Shown in pieces: positions 39,801 through 48,391 of a stretch of 64,000 nucleotides of DNA. Under the pieces are notes generated by a model that saw nothing but the letters and a program-made list of their open reading frames with translations, searched no databases and was not told where the DNA came from. The first letter of the stretch is position 1; the number at the start of each line of letters is the position of its first letter. The stretch spans positions 6,720,001 to 6,784,000 of the forward strand of contig OZ245006.1 of NCBI GenBank assembly GCA_965223545.1, in the 5' to 3' direction. The position numbers and the translations under genes were made by a program. This DNA comes from Planctomycetota bacterium. Its GTDB lineage: Bacteria > Planctomycetota > UBA1135 > UBA2386.

Positions 39801-39898
39801 AGCCGCCGATGGTGTTCTCGGCGGCCGATGCCGAGCGGCTGGTGGCCGAGCTCGACGCGGTGTTGGGCGAAGACGCGCTGCAGGTCGGTAGCGCATGA
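36869..39898 (+). CDS. Three-domain fusion: APH/hydroxylysine-kinase-like phosphotransferase + M23 peptidase-like domain + class III PLP enzyme
   Basis: SERDRNF, IHNDANDYN, IDFGD; HLGVD, LYGHL, PHLH; SGSEAN, ADEVQVGFGR, TLGKPIGNG, NTFGGNP. Confidence 0.9.
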   Translation: MTDVRCRPAVGVQDAVRVAQEHFGLQVAAARELPSERDRNFELRGDRGTVVCKFANPAEPDARLELQNRMLRQLEAEGLPPDSVPRLVPTTGGAVMPAVDCGGARLRVRCLTHLPGVPLARYRPHDVELLGAIGALLARIDSALSKLGDPGASPDEFCWDLLGADAVIARGAPRIADRATRARVDAIGEVLAREVLPAAAALPRSLIHNDANDYNVLVAARGPAQAPRVGLIDFGDAVVSVSIAELAVGIAYAVLGKRAPLAVACAMTAGYHGERQLAEDELRVLWPLARARLALSAANAAVQCEAAPDNDYLAVSQAAVAEALASTEAVHPRLAEAALRDACGLPASPHGARVGAWLAGQASALSTVLGEPWGVADATLLDASVGGGDGEALSAAAPEAGLALGRYDEARAVYTAAGFAVASDDGEQRRTVHLGVDLCAPAGTAVRAPLDGEVVVVADRDAELDYGPLVVLWHRPAGGPEFATLYGHLDPAVLDGLEVGQRVAAGRAFAAIGAPPRNGGWRPHLHLQVLADLLDVRTARDFPGVCDPAQRAVWTALCPDPSPLVGVDVRAPQRSSAALRAQRDARLGPSLSLAYDRPLQIVRGRGAHLFDADGRAYLDCVNNVCHVGHAHPRVVAALAAQAALLNTNTRYLHENLSAYAERLTARLPAPLTHCFFVCSGSEANELALRMARAATGRHGVVMLEGAYHGNTQALVDISPYKHDGPGGGGAPPWARAAALPHGYRGCVRGPRDTVGEAYAARVRDALAALVDSGWPPAAFIAESIGGVAGQIVWPDGYLAAAYRHARAAGALCIADEVQVGFGRVGSHFWAFESQGVVPDIVTLGKPIGNGHPLAAVVTTEAIARAFANGMEYFNTFGGNPVSCAVGMAVLDVIDSEQLMARADRVGAQLISGLREVQQRRALIGEVRGLGLFVGVELVTDRTERTPAAAHASRVCERLRARGILLSTDGPDHNVLKIKPPMVFSAADAERLVAELDAVLGEDALQVGSA

Positions 39899-41502
39899 CC
39901 CGGATCACGGAGGCTCCCGCGGCGTCGCCGGTGGCGCGGTGGGCGGCGGTCGCGTTGCTGGTCTGCGTCGGCGCGGCGCTGCACCTGCCGTTTCTGGCGC
40001 GCCCTTTCGGCCCGATGGAGGTCAACGCCGGCAACTACTTCGGCGTGTTCGCGGTCAACTGGGAACGCCACGGTCTGCTGGCCACGCGCGGGGCGCCGCT
40101 GGCGCCGCGCCCCGTCGACAACTTGGCGACGGCGGTGCCCTACCTCAATCACCCGCCGGGCTTCGCCTGGCTGAGTGCCGCCTTCGGCAGTGACGAGTGG
40201 CAGATTCGCGCGCCGACCGCGATCGGCGGGGTGCTCGCCAGCGTGCTGCTGCTGCACGTCCTGTGGCCACTGCTGGGTGGTGCCTCGGCGCTGCTGGCGG
40301 CGCTGCTGCTGTTGGCCGCGCCGATGCACGTGTTCTTTTCGGTCGGCAGCTACGAGAACGCGGTCTTGCCGCTCGGCCTGTTGGCCTTGCTGGCGTTCGA
40401 TCGCGCTGCGCGTGCGCAGGGGGCGTCCCGGCGCCGGTGGCGGTGGGTGCTGGCGTCGGCGTCCGTCGTCGGGCCGTGGATGGACTGGCCGTACGGGTTC
40501 ATGTGTCTGGCGATGGTGCCGCTCGCGCTGACCAGTGGACTGCGCGCGGGCGTGCGGCGGCTGGTGCTGCCGTGGGTGCTGTCGGCAGTGTCGATCGGCG
40601 GCTACGTACTTTGGACGGTTTGGGTCGTGCGCGCCCCCGGGATGCCGCCGGCGGCGAGCCTTTTGGTCTCGGTCAGCAGCGTGCTCTCGGCACCGGACGC
40701 GGGCGGCGCGGCCACACCGGTGCTGGCCGCGCTCGCCGACGGGCTGCGGCAGCTGGCGTTGGGCTACGGCGTGGTCGGCGACCCGCGCGACGCCTGGCCC
40801 GCGCTGCGCGCGCCGGTGTTGTGCCTCGCGTTCGCCGGCACTCTGGTGTTGCTGCGCCGGGCGCCGGCGTGGTGGGTGGCGATGGCGATCGCCGGTGTGC
40901 TCAACCTGTGCGTGATGACCGAGCACACGCGCACGCACGTGTTCTTCTGGGCCTACCTGGGGCCGTGGGTGGCGGCGTCGGGCGCCGCGCTGCCGCTGGC
41001 GTTTTCCGCCGGGATCTGGCGGCGGGTCAGCGTCGCCGGGGTCGGCGTGATCGTGGCCTGGTGCGGCGTCCAAGGCGTCGCGCATCTGCGCCAATCGTCG
41101 ACGCCCCTCTTTGCCGAAGTCGGTGCCGCGCTGACGCGGGCCACGCAGCCGGCGGATGCCGGTGGCCGCCCCGCGGCGGTGTTGCTGATCCCGCCGCTGA
41201 CCTACGGCTACTACTTGCGCAGTGATCTCTGCACGCGGCAGCCGCTGGTCGATCCGCGCCAGCTCGAGGCGCTGCGCACCGGCGCCGACCGCGGCGTCGG
41301 CCTGCGCTACCTGGTGCTCGAGCTCGAGGGCTCGGCGGTGGCCGCGCTGCCCGGCTTCGCGCAGCCGCCGGCGCTGGCCGAATACCTCGACGCGTTCGCG
41401 CGGACGCCGGTTCCGGAGCTGATCGGCCTGGCGGCCGAGGTGCCCGGCTACGGTTTGTCGGCTCGAGTGCGGGCGGCGTATCTGGTGACGCTGCGGGAGT
41501 GA
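39895..41502 (+). CDS. Multi-TM membrane protein, GT-C (ArnT/PMT-like) fold possible
   Basis: YLNHPPG after the first TM, many TMs; ATGA overlap with the upstream gene. Confidence 0.6.
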   Translation: MTRITEAPAASPVARWAAVALLVCVGAALHLPFLARPFGPMEVNAGNYFGVFAVNWERHGLLATRGAPLAPRPVDNLATAVPYLNHPPGFAWLSAAFGSDEWQIRAPTAIGGVLASVLLLHVLWPLLGGASALLAALLLLAAPMHVFFSVGSYENAVLPLGLLALLAFDRAARAQGASRRRWRWVLASASVVGPWMDWPYGFMCLAMVPLALTSGLRAGVRRLVLPWVLSAVSIGGYVLWTVWVVRAPGMPPAASLLVSVSSVLSAPDAGGAATPVLAALADGLRQLALGYGVVGDPRDAWPALRAPVLCLAFAGTLVLLRRAPAWWVAMAIAGVLNLCVMTEHTRTHVFFWAYLGPWVAASGAALPLAFSAGIWRRVSVAGVGVIVAWCGVQGVAHLRQSSTPLFAEVGAALTRATQPADAGGRPAAVLLIPPLTYGYYLRSDLCTRQPLVDPRQLEALRTGADRGVGLRYLVLELEGSAVAALPGFAQPPALAEYLDAFARTPVPELIGLAAEVPGYGLSARVRAAYLVTLRE

Positions 41503-41552
41503 GCTCGAGGGCGGCGCATCATAGGCAGGTATCGCCAAGCAGGGGGTTGCCG

Positions 41553-42701
41553 TCAGGGCGCGAGAGTGCGCATCGCCGGCAGCGTGAGCGTGGCGCTGCC
41601 GGTGGGCAGCAGCACCGCGGCCTGCAGGGCCAGCGGGGTCAGCGGCGCGTTCACCGGAATCGGAAACGCGCCCGTGAGGCTACCGCCGCCGCCGATGGTC
41701 CCGGCCTGCAGCACGGCCCACGGGGTGCCGACGAACCACGTGCCCAACGGCCCGGCCGCGATCGGTGCCGCGGGCAGCCCGGCGACCAAGACGCTGGCCG
41801 ACCCAGCGGGCGCGTGTACGGCCGTCGCCAGCTGACCCGCGACGACGCTGGCGTCGGTCCACGGCACCGTGGTCGCGATCCAGGTGACCGGTCCCTCGAC
41901 CAGACCGGCGCCGTTCACCGGCACCAGCGACAGGCCGAAGTCGGTGCGCACGGTGGTGAGCGAAGCGCTCGTGCTGGCCTGGCCGTCGACCGCCGGCGCG
42001 GGCAGCGGGCCGCCGGTGCCGGCGGCGATCGAGGCGCCGGGGCCTCCGGAGGCGGCGAGGGTGGCGTCGCGGATGGCGACGCCCGGCCCGGGGCCGACGG
42101 TCGCGTTCCCCGGGCCGCCGACCAGGACCGTCTCGGCGGCGGCGACGCGTCCTCGGAGCACGGTCATCGCCGGCGCGCCGACGGCGGTGGCGCGCAGGTC
42201 GCAGCGGTGCAGCACGACACCACTGCTCGCCGTGTGCAGGGCCTCGCCCGCGGTCGCGGTCGCCGTCACCGCCTGCAGCGACACGCGCCCACTCTGCACC
42301 AGTCGAATGCCACCGCCGAGGCGCAAGCTCTCGAGGTGGACCTGGCCGGTGCTGCCGCTGACCGATACCTGGGCCGGCGAGGTGAAGCCGCGCACCAGGG
42401 TCGGCCCGTCGACCAGATCGATGCGGATCACGTCGCCGGCACTGCCCACCGTCACGCCGGGAAAGGCCTCCACCGTCAGGTGCGTCAGCGCGATCGAGAA
42501 CGACGAGTAGGCGCCCGGCAGCACGGTGATCCGGTCGCCCGGCGCAGCGGCGGCGATCGCCGCGGGAATGTCGGTGAAGTTTCCGCCGCCGCCGGCGGCG
42601 ACGACCCAAGTCGTCTGTGCCGGGGCGCTGCTGACGGTCACGGCGGCGATGACGAGGCCGGCGGCAGCGGCCGGCGGGGCGAGGAGCGAAAGGGTCGGCA
42701 C
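41553..42701 (-). CDS. Secreted protein, probable beta-helix, with the shared C-terminal domain
   Basis: Signal peptide, FTDIPAAIAAAAPGDRITVLPGAY (pectin-lyase-like cap); start uncertain. Confidence 0.7.
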   Translation of the reverse strand: MPTLSLLAPPAAAAGLVIAAVTVSSAPAQTTWVVAAGGGGNFTDIPAAIAAAAPGDRITVLPGAYSSFSIALTHLTVEAFPGVTVGSAGDVIRIDLVDGPTLVRGFTSPAQVSVSGSTGQVHLESLRLGGGIRLVQSGRVSLQAVTATATAGEALHTASSGVVLHRCDLRATAVGAPAMTVLRGRVAAAETVLVGGPGNATVGPGPGVAIRDATLAASGGPGASIAAGTGGPLPAPAVDGQASTSASLTTVRTDFGLSLVPVNGAGLVEGPVTWIATTVPWTDASVVAGQLATAVHAPAGSASVLVAGLPAAPIAAGPLGTWFVGTPWAVLQAGTIGGGGSLTGAFPIPVNAPLTPLALQAAVLLPTGSATLTLPAMRTLAP

Positions 42702-42814
42702 CCATCCAAGATACGCTCGCGGTGCTGGAGTGGCTGGTTCCACGGTGTTGCCCTTTTCCCTGGCCCCTCTGGACGCGAGCCAACGTCCTGGCGGCGTGCG
42801 CTCCGATTCCAACC

Positions 42815-43348
42815 ATGTCCACGACGACCGGTGAGCTGCGAGCGGGCGGGCGGGCAGAGACCCGCGCCGGTTCCGCCGCCGGCCGCGATGCCTGGATCGC
42901 GCGCCAGAGCGACCTGCTGTGGCGCTACCTGCGGTATCTCGGTGCCAGCCGCGAGCTCGCCGAGGACGTGATGCAGGAAGTGCTGATCCGCGCGCTCGCG
43001 CATCACGGCACCGCGCGGCCGGGGTGGCTGCGTACCACCGCGCGCAACCTGCTGGTCGACCATTGGCGGCGCGAGGGCCGGGCACCGCTTTCGGTCGACG
43101 CCGCCGCGCTCGAGCGGGTTTGGTGTGCGCAGGACACCGACGCGCGCCGGGGCGCGCTGCGCGCCTGTCTCGATGGGCTGCCGGCGCGTTCGCGTCAGGT
43201 GCTCGAGCTGCGCTACGGCGATGGCCTTGGTTGGTCGGAGATCGGCGCGCGCATCGGTCTGCGCGCGCAGGGGGTCAAGAGCTTGTTGCAGCGGCTGCGC
43301 GTCGCTGTGCGCGGTTGCGTCGAACGGAGGTTGCGCGATGAAGAATGA
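42815..43348 (+). CDS. ECF sigma factor
   Basis: AEDVMQE, WLRTTARN, VLELRYGDGL..EI, GVKSLLQR. Confidence 0.9.
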   Translation: MSTTTGELRAGGRAETRAGSAAGRDAWIARQSDLLWRYLRYLGASRELAEDVMQEVLIRALAHHGTARPGWLRTTARNLLVDHWRREGRAPLSVDAAALERVWCAQDTDARRGALRACLDGLPARSRQVLELRYGDGLGWSEIGARIGLRAQGVKSLLQRLRVAVRGCVERRLRDEE

Positions 43349-45008
43349 CGAGCAGCGGTTGAGCGCGGCTTGGCTGACGGCGGCGTTGGAGGCGGAGCTG
43401 GGCGCGGTACCCGACGTGCGCGCGGCGGTGTTGGCGGCGGCTCCAAGCGTGCCGCCGCGCGCGGGCCTTCGGCGGCGCGGATGGCGAGTCGCGACCGCGG
43501 CGCTGGCGGCGGCGACGACGGTGGCGATCTTGCTATGGCCTCCGGCCGGCGTGTCGACCACGCCCGCGGATCGCGAGGCCCAGGACCCGGCGCCGGTCGA
43601 GCGCGCGGTGACCGCGACCTCGGTCGACGCTCTGCGTGCCCTGCTGGCCGACCTGCGCGCCGTGCGGCTCGGCTACGAGCACGCCTACACGCGCCACGCT
43701 TCCCCGGCGGGCGTGGCGATGGAGATCAACGGCTGGATCGAGGTCCCCGGCGTGGTGGTCGAGGCACCGCTCCGCGCCCTCGAGCTGCTGGATCGGCCGC
43801 CGCGGCCGGGGCGTCACGGCGCCGTCAACTTCCGCCTCGCGCGGTGCGAGCTCTTGTTGTCCGGCGAACGCGTGCTGCGCGGTGGGTTCTGGTTTGGCGA
43901 GGGCGGCGGCGTGTTCGTGCCCGAGCTGGGCATGTGCGCGGTGAGCGAGGCATCGCAGCAGCGCGTCGCGGCATTGCTGCCGGACCTCGACGCGCTGGCC
44001 GCGGAGCGCTTTGCGTTGGTCGCGACTGTCGAGCAGCTGCGCGCAGTGCCGCGGTCGGTCGAGCACGTCGTCGCCTGCGGCCTCGGCGACGCCGACCTCG
44101 CCGGGTTCGCCGCGCTGCCGGGGCTGCGCCGGGTCGCGCTCGACGCCGACGGGCTCGGGCGCGCCGGCGTGCCGTTCGTGCGCGCCGCGCTCGGCGACGG
44201 CGCGGTGCGGGCGCTCGCCGGCTGGGGCGGGCTCGAGGCGGTCGAACTCGCCGGCGCACGGGTGTCGGCGGCGGCGCTGCGCGAGCTGTCGGCGCTGCCG
44301 CGCTTGACCTCGGTGATGCTGCGCGACTGCGCGCTCACCCTGCACGAGGCGCCGCCCGCGAAGGCGGAGGTCGTTTTGCGCGCCGAGCGGGTCGAGCTGC
44401 GCGGCGGCTCGGCCACCGGCCTCGAGACCGACGGGCTGGCGCGGATCGCCGCGCGACATCTCTCGATCACGGGTGGGGGTGGGGGAGGTGTGCTGGCGTT
44501 GCCGGAGGACGGCGAGCTGCCGGCTGGGCTCGAGCAGCTGGAGCTCGCCTTCGTCACGCTCGATCTGTCGGCGCTGCCGTCGTACGCCCAGCTGCGCCGC
44601 CTCGCGCTGCGCGGCTGCGGGCTGTCGTCGGAGACGCTGGTGGCGATTGCCGCGACCCGGCTCGAGCGGCTCGAGCTGTCGGGCTGCCGCGGTGTCGACG
44701 GCGCGGCGTTGCGGACGGCGCTGGCGCTGCCGTCGCTGCGCGCGGTCGCCTTGCGCGAGCAGAACGCAGGGCGCGGCACGGATGTCGACCTGGCCGTCGT
44801 GCTCGTCGAAGCCGCCGCCGGGATCGAGGAGCTCGATCTGACCGGCTCGACCTGTGATCGAGCAGTGCTCGACGTGTTGCGGCAGCGCACGGGGCTCAGG
44901 GTGCTGCGCTTGGGTGGCACCGGCTTGTCGGACCTGGATCTCGACCGGCTGCGGCGGCGGCTGCCGAGCACGCTCGTGCTGCCCGAACCGGCGTCGGGCG
45001 GGCGGTAG
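43338..45008 (+). CDS. Single-TM leucine-rich-repeat protein, putative anti-sigma factor
   Basis: GGAGG RBS, overlaps the sigma stop; LxxLxLxGC repeats. Confidence 0.75.
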   Translation: MKNDEQRLSAAWLTAALEAELGAVPDVRAAVLAAAPSVPPRAGLRRRGWRVATAALAAATTVAILLWPPAGVSTTPADREAQDPAPVERAVTATSVDALRALLADLRAVRLGYEHAYTRHASPAGVAMEINGWIEVPGVVVEAPLRALELLDRPPRPGRHGAVNFRLARCELLLSGERVLRGGFWFGEGGGVFVPELGMCAVSEASQQRVAALLPDLDALAAERFALVATVEQLRAVPRSVEHVVACGLGDADLAGFAALPGLRRVALDADGLGRAGVPFVRAALGDGAVRALAGWGGLEAVELAGARVSAAALRELSALPRLTSVMLRDCALTLHEAPPAKAEVVLRAERVELRGGSATGLETDGLARIAARHLSITGGGGGGVLALPEDGELPAGLEQLELAFVTLDLSALPSYAQLRRLALRGCGLSSETLVAIAATRLERLELSGCRGVDGAALRTALALPSLRAVALREQNAGRGTDVDLAVVLVEAAAGIEELDLTGSTCDRAVLDVLRQRTGLRVLRLGGTGLSDLDLDRLRRRLPSTLVLPEPASGGR

Positions 45009-45119
45009 AGACTTGCGGCGGACCGCGACGGCGGGCGGGCGGTCTGCCCCTGCCCGTTACCGCAGCGGTTTTCTCGAATACCCGGGTGCCGTCCCCGCGA
45101 GCTTGTTTGGCAGCAGACA

Positions 45120-45647
45120 GTGCAGTTTGTCCGCGACGCGTCCACGTCCAGTTTGGACTCCTTTGTTCGCCGCCACATGCCCGACGTTTGGCACTACCTC
45201 CGCCTCTGCGGCTGCGATGCCGAGACCGCCGACGACCTGACGCAGGAGGCGTTCTTGGTGGCGCTGCGCAAGGGCGTCACGCCGGAGCCCGAGCGCGGCG
45301 CACGGCGCTACCTGCGGCGGACGGCGCGCTTCGTGCTGCTGCAGCACCGCCGGCGGGTGGCGCGGGAGCGCTGGGAGCGCGGCTCCGAGGCGTGGCTGGA
45401 TGTGGTCGACGAGGTTTGGGAGGAACGGCAGGCGGCCGATCACCTCGACGGCTGGCTGGCGGCGCTGCGGCGCTGCCGCGCCAAGCTCACCGGCCGCCGC
45501 TCGCGCGCGGTGGCGCTGTTCTACGGTGAGCGGCGTTCGCGCGCCGAGGTCGCGGAGGCCCTTTCGATGACCGAGAACGGCGTCAAGACGCTGCTGCAGC
45601 GGGTGCGCGCCGATCTCCGCGCGTGTGTCGAGAGGATCCTGCGGTGA
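45120..45647 (+). CDS. ECF sigma factor
   Basis: ADDLTQEAF, YLRRTAR, LFYGE...EVAEAL, GVKTLLQR. Confidence 0.9.
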   Translation: MQFVRDASTSSLDSFVRRHMPDVWHYLRLCGCDAETADDLTQEAFLVALRKGVTPEPERGARRYLRRTARFVLLQHRRRVARERWERGSEAWLDVVDEVWEERQAADHLDGWLAALRRCRAKLTGRRSRAVALFYGERRSRAEVAEALSMTENGVKTLLQRVRADLRACVERILR

Positions 45648-47212
45648 CCGGGGGGCGGGAGACCGAACGGCAGCGGGTCGACGACCGTTGGCTCGACGTG
45701 GCCCTCGAGATGGTCGAAGGCCGTGGGCCGCGGCCGGGCCTCGCCGAAGACGTCGCGCGGCAGCTTCGCGCCGCGCCGGCGCTGCCCCGCCGCACGCGGC
45801 GTCGCTGGCCCTCGATCGCACTGGCTGCCGCCGCGGTGGTCGCGGTCGCCGGCCTGGGCTGGCTGGCGTCGGCGGGCGGATCGCCAGAGGTCGAGGTCGC
45901 ACGCGAGGTCGAGGTGGCGGTGGTGCGCTCGGCGGTCGAGGTCGCGGTGCTGCCCGAGACCACGCGCGCGGTGCGCGGTCTGGGGCTCGATGCGGCCGCC
46001 CTCGCGAGCCTGCGACGCCTGCGCTCGTTGGCTCGGCTCGAGCTGCTGCCGGCGGACGCGGATGAGGGCTACGGAGGCGAAGATCATGGAGCGGTGCCCG
46101 CACTTTCGGACCGGGGTTTCGCGACGGTCGCGACCCTTCGCGGGCTCCGCTCCGTTTCCATCGAACGGCTGCAGCTGTCACCGGCGGCGCTCGCCCGGCT
46201 GAGCGAGCTGCCGCGGTTGGACGCGTTGGCGCTCAAGGGTGTTCCGCTGAGCGACGGCCATTTCGACGCGGTCGCGCGGCTGGCGGGGCTGCGCACCTTG
46301 GTCCTCGAGGGCCCGGTCGAGGCCGGCGCCGCTGCGCACCGGCGGCTGGCGGCTCTGCCGCAGCTCGAAGACCTCGATCTGTCGGTGTCGTGGCATCGGC
46401 GCAACCCGCCGTCGGACGATCCCGCCGCGCGCGCCGCGTTCGCCCGGCAGCTGGCGGTCGTCGACGACGCTTTGCTCGAGGTGTTGGCCGGGATGCCGAG
46501 CCTGCGCCGGCTGGTGCTCCGCGGCCGGCCGGCGGTCACCGATCGCGGCCTCGCGCTGCTCGCCGCGCTGCCGCTCGAGGCGCTGGACCTGTCGGGCTGC
46601 AACGGCATCACCGACGCCGGCTTGGCGCAGCTGCCCAGCAGCCTGCGCAGCCTGTCGCTGGCGTCCTGCGCCGAGGTCGGCCGCTCGTTTCCCGAGCACT
46701 TGACCGGCTTGCGCTCGCTGGTCCTGTCGATCAATCCCAACCTCGATGACGCCCAGCTGGCGCGGATCACCGCGCTCCCCGAGCTGCGCGCGCTCGACCT
46801 GCGGGTGTGCAGCAACCTCACCGCCGAGGGCGCGCGCGCTCTGGCGGGGGCCGCCGAGCTCGAAGAGCTCTTCCTGTGCGGCTCGCCTTGGCTCGACGAC
46901 ACCGTGATGACCGCCCTGGCCCAGCTGCCGCGCCTGCGCGAGCTGGGCATGGCGGGTTTCGGCCAGAGCCAGCTGACCGGAGCCGGCGTCGCCGAGCTGG
47001 CGCGGCTGCCGCAGCTCGAAGTGCTGCACGTCTCCGGCATCCAGCCGCTGGCCGCGGCGGACGTGCGCGCCCTGGCCGGGCTGCCGTTGCGCTACCTCGA
47101 CGTCTCCGACAACCGCATCGCGTTCGACCGTGAGTCGCCGGACGTGGAGGCGCTGCGGGGGCTGTGGTCGGGGATCGAGCTGCGTGCCGATCGGGTTGCT
47201 GGCGGGCGCTGA
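45644..47212 (+). CDS. Single-TM leucine-rich-repeat protein, putative anti-sigma factor
   Basis: GTGA overlap; TM followed by many LRRs (LEALDLSGCNGITDAGLAQL). Confidence 0.8.
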   Translation: MTGGRETERQRVDDRWLDVALEMVEGRGPRPGLAEDVARQLRAAPALPRRTRRRWPSIALAAAAVVAVAGLGWLASAGGSPEVEVAREVEVAVVRSAVEVAVLPETTRAVRGLGLDAAALASLRRLRSLARLELLPADADEGYGGEDHGAVPALSDRGFATVATLRGLRSVSIERLQLSPAALARLSELPRLDALALKGVPLSDGHFDAVARLAGLRTLVLEGPVEAGAAAHRRLAALPQLEDLDLSVSWHRRNPPSDDPAARAAFARQLAVVDDALLEVLAGMPSLRRLVLRGRPAVTDRGLALLAALPLEALDLSGCNGITDAGLAQLPSSLRSLSLASCAEVGRSFPEHLTGLRSLVLSINPNLDDAQLARITALPELRALDLRVCSNLTAEGARALAGAAELEELFLCGSPWLDDTVMTALAQLPRLRELGMAGFGQSQLTGAGVAELARLPQLEVLHVSGIQPLAAADVRALAGLPLRYLDVSDNRIAFDRESPDVEALRGLWSGIELRADRVAGGR

Positions 47213-47290
47213 CAGCGCCTCCCGGTGATTCGGCGCCCCGGTTCTCACGGCGGTGGCTTCGAGGCTCCCGCGCCCGCATCATCGCGGCCG

Positions 47291-48358
47291 ATGAACGAAC
47301 CTCGCGCTCTTGTTCGATCGCTGGCCGGCTGTGGCGCCCTCGCTTGGCTGACGGCTTGCGCGACTCCCCTCGAGCTCGAGCCGCAGCCATCGGGCACCGA
47401 CCAAAGCCTGCGCGGCGTCTGCGCGGTCAACGCCGACGTGGTCTGGGCGAGCGGCGCGACCGGCACCGTGTTGCGCACCACCGACGGTGGTGCGACCTGG
47501 CAGCACCGCGCCATCCCCGGGGCTGAGCAGCTCGACTTTCGCGATGTGCACGCCCTCGACGCGCAGCGCGCGTGGGTGATGGTGGCGGGTGCGCCCGCGC
47601 GCATCTACGCAACCGCGGACGGCGGCGCGACGTGGCAGGTCCAGGCCGAGCATCCGAGCCCGAGCGCGTTCTACGACAGCATCGCCTTCTGGGAGCCGCA
47701 GAACGGCCTGCTGTTCGGCGATCCGGTGGAAGGCGCACTGACGGTGTGGACCACGACCGACGGCGGCGCCAGCTGGCAGCCCGCGCGCGCTCCGGAGCTG
47801 CCGGCGCCGCTGGCGGGTGAGGCCGGCTTCGCGGCCAGCGGAACCTGCGCGTGCGTGTGGGGCGACACACACGCTTGGATCGGCACCGGCGGGGGTGCGC
47901 GCGCTCGGGTGTTGCGCAGCGAAGACCGCGGCCGCAGCTGGCAGGCGGCCGACACGCCGCTGGCCGCCGGCACATCGTCGGCGGGGATCTTCTCGCTCGC
48001 GTTTCGCGATGCGCAGCACGGAGTCGCGGTCGGTGGCGACTACCAACAGCCCGCGCGGGCGACCGGCAACGCCGCGGTCAGCGCCGACGGTGGCGTCACC
48101 TGGAACGCCGCCCAGGTGTCGCCGCGCGGCTATCGCTCGGCGGTCGCCTTCGTGCCGGGCAGCGCGCGGCCGCTCTGCGTCGCGGTCGGTCCGACCGGCG
48201 TCGACTTCTCGGTCGACGGTGGGGCGCAGTGGTTGCCGTTCAGCGACGCCGGCTACCACGCGGTAGCGGTCGCGCCGGACGGCGCCGCGCTGTGGTGCGT
48301 CGGCGCCGGCGGGCGCATCGCCCGGCTGGCGGAGCCGGCGCGGCTGGGCGCGCCGTAG
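47291..48358 (+). CDS. YCF48/BNR (Asp-box) repeat beta-propeller lipoprotein
   Basis: Lipobox LTAC; repeated T.DGG.TW; GFAASG; AVGGDY. Confidence 0.87.
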   Translation: MNEPRALVRSLAGCGALAWLTACATPLELEPQPSGTDQSLRGVCAVNADVVWASGATGTVLRTTDGGATWQHRAIPGAEQLDFRDVHALDAQRAWVMVAGAPARIYATADGGATWQVQAEHPSPSAFYDSIAFWEPQNGLLFGDPVEGALTVWTTTDGGASWQPARAPELPAPLAGEAGFAASGTCACVWGDTHAWIGTGGGARARVLRSEDRGRSWQAADTPLAAGTSSAGIFSLAFRDAQHGVAVGGDYQQPARATGNAAVSADGGVTWNAAQVSPRGYRSAVAFVPGSARPLCVAVGPTGVDFSVDGGAQWLPFSDAGYHAVAVAPDGAALWCVGAGGRIARLAEPARLGAP

Positions 48359-48391
48359 GGTTCCGCCGGCTCGGGCGCGGCGGCTTCTCGA

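Noticed and set aside
1416..39891. Very long alternative ORFs (e.g. 1416-4058, 4080-7001, 35353-39891, and the 5' part of 23591-27748)
   Set aside because: Arg/Ala/Gly-rich shadow frames of well-supported genes; stop codons are scarce at this GC content.
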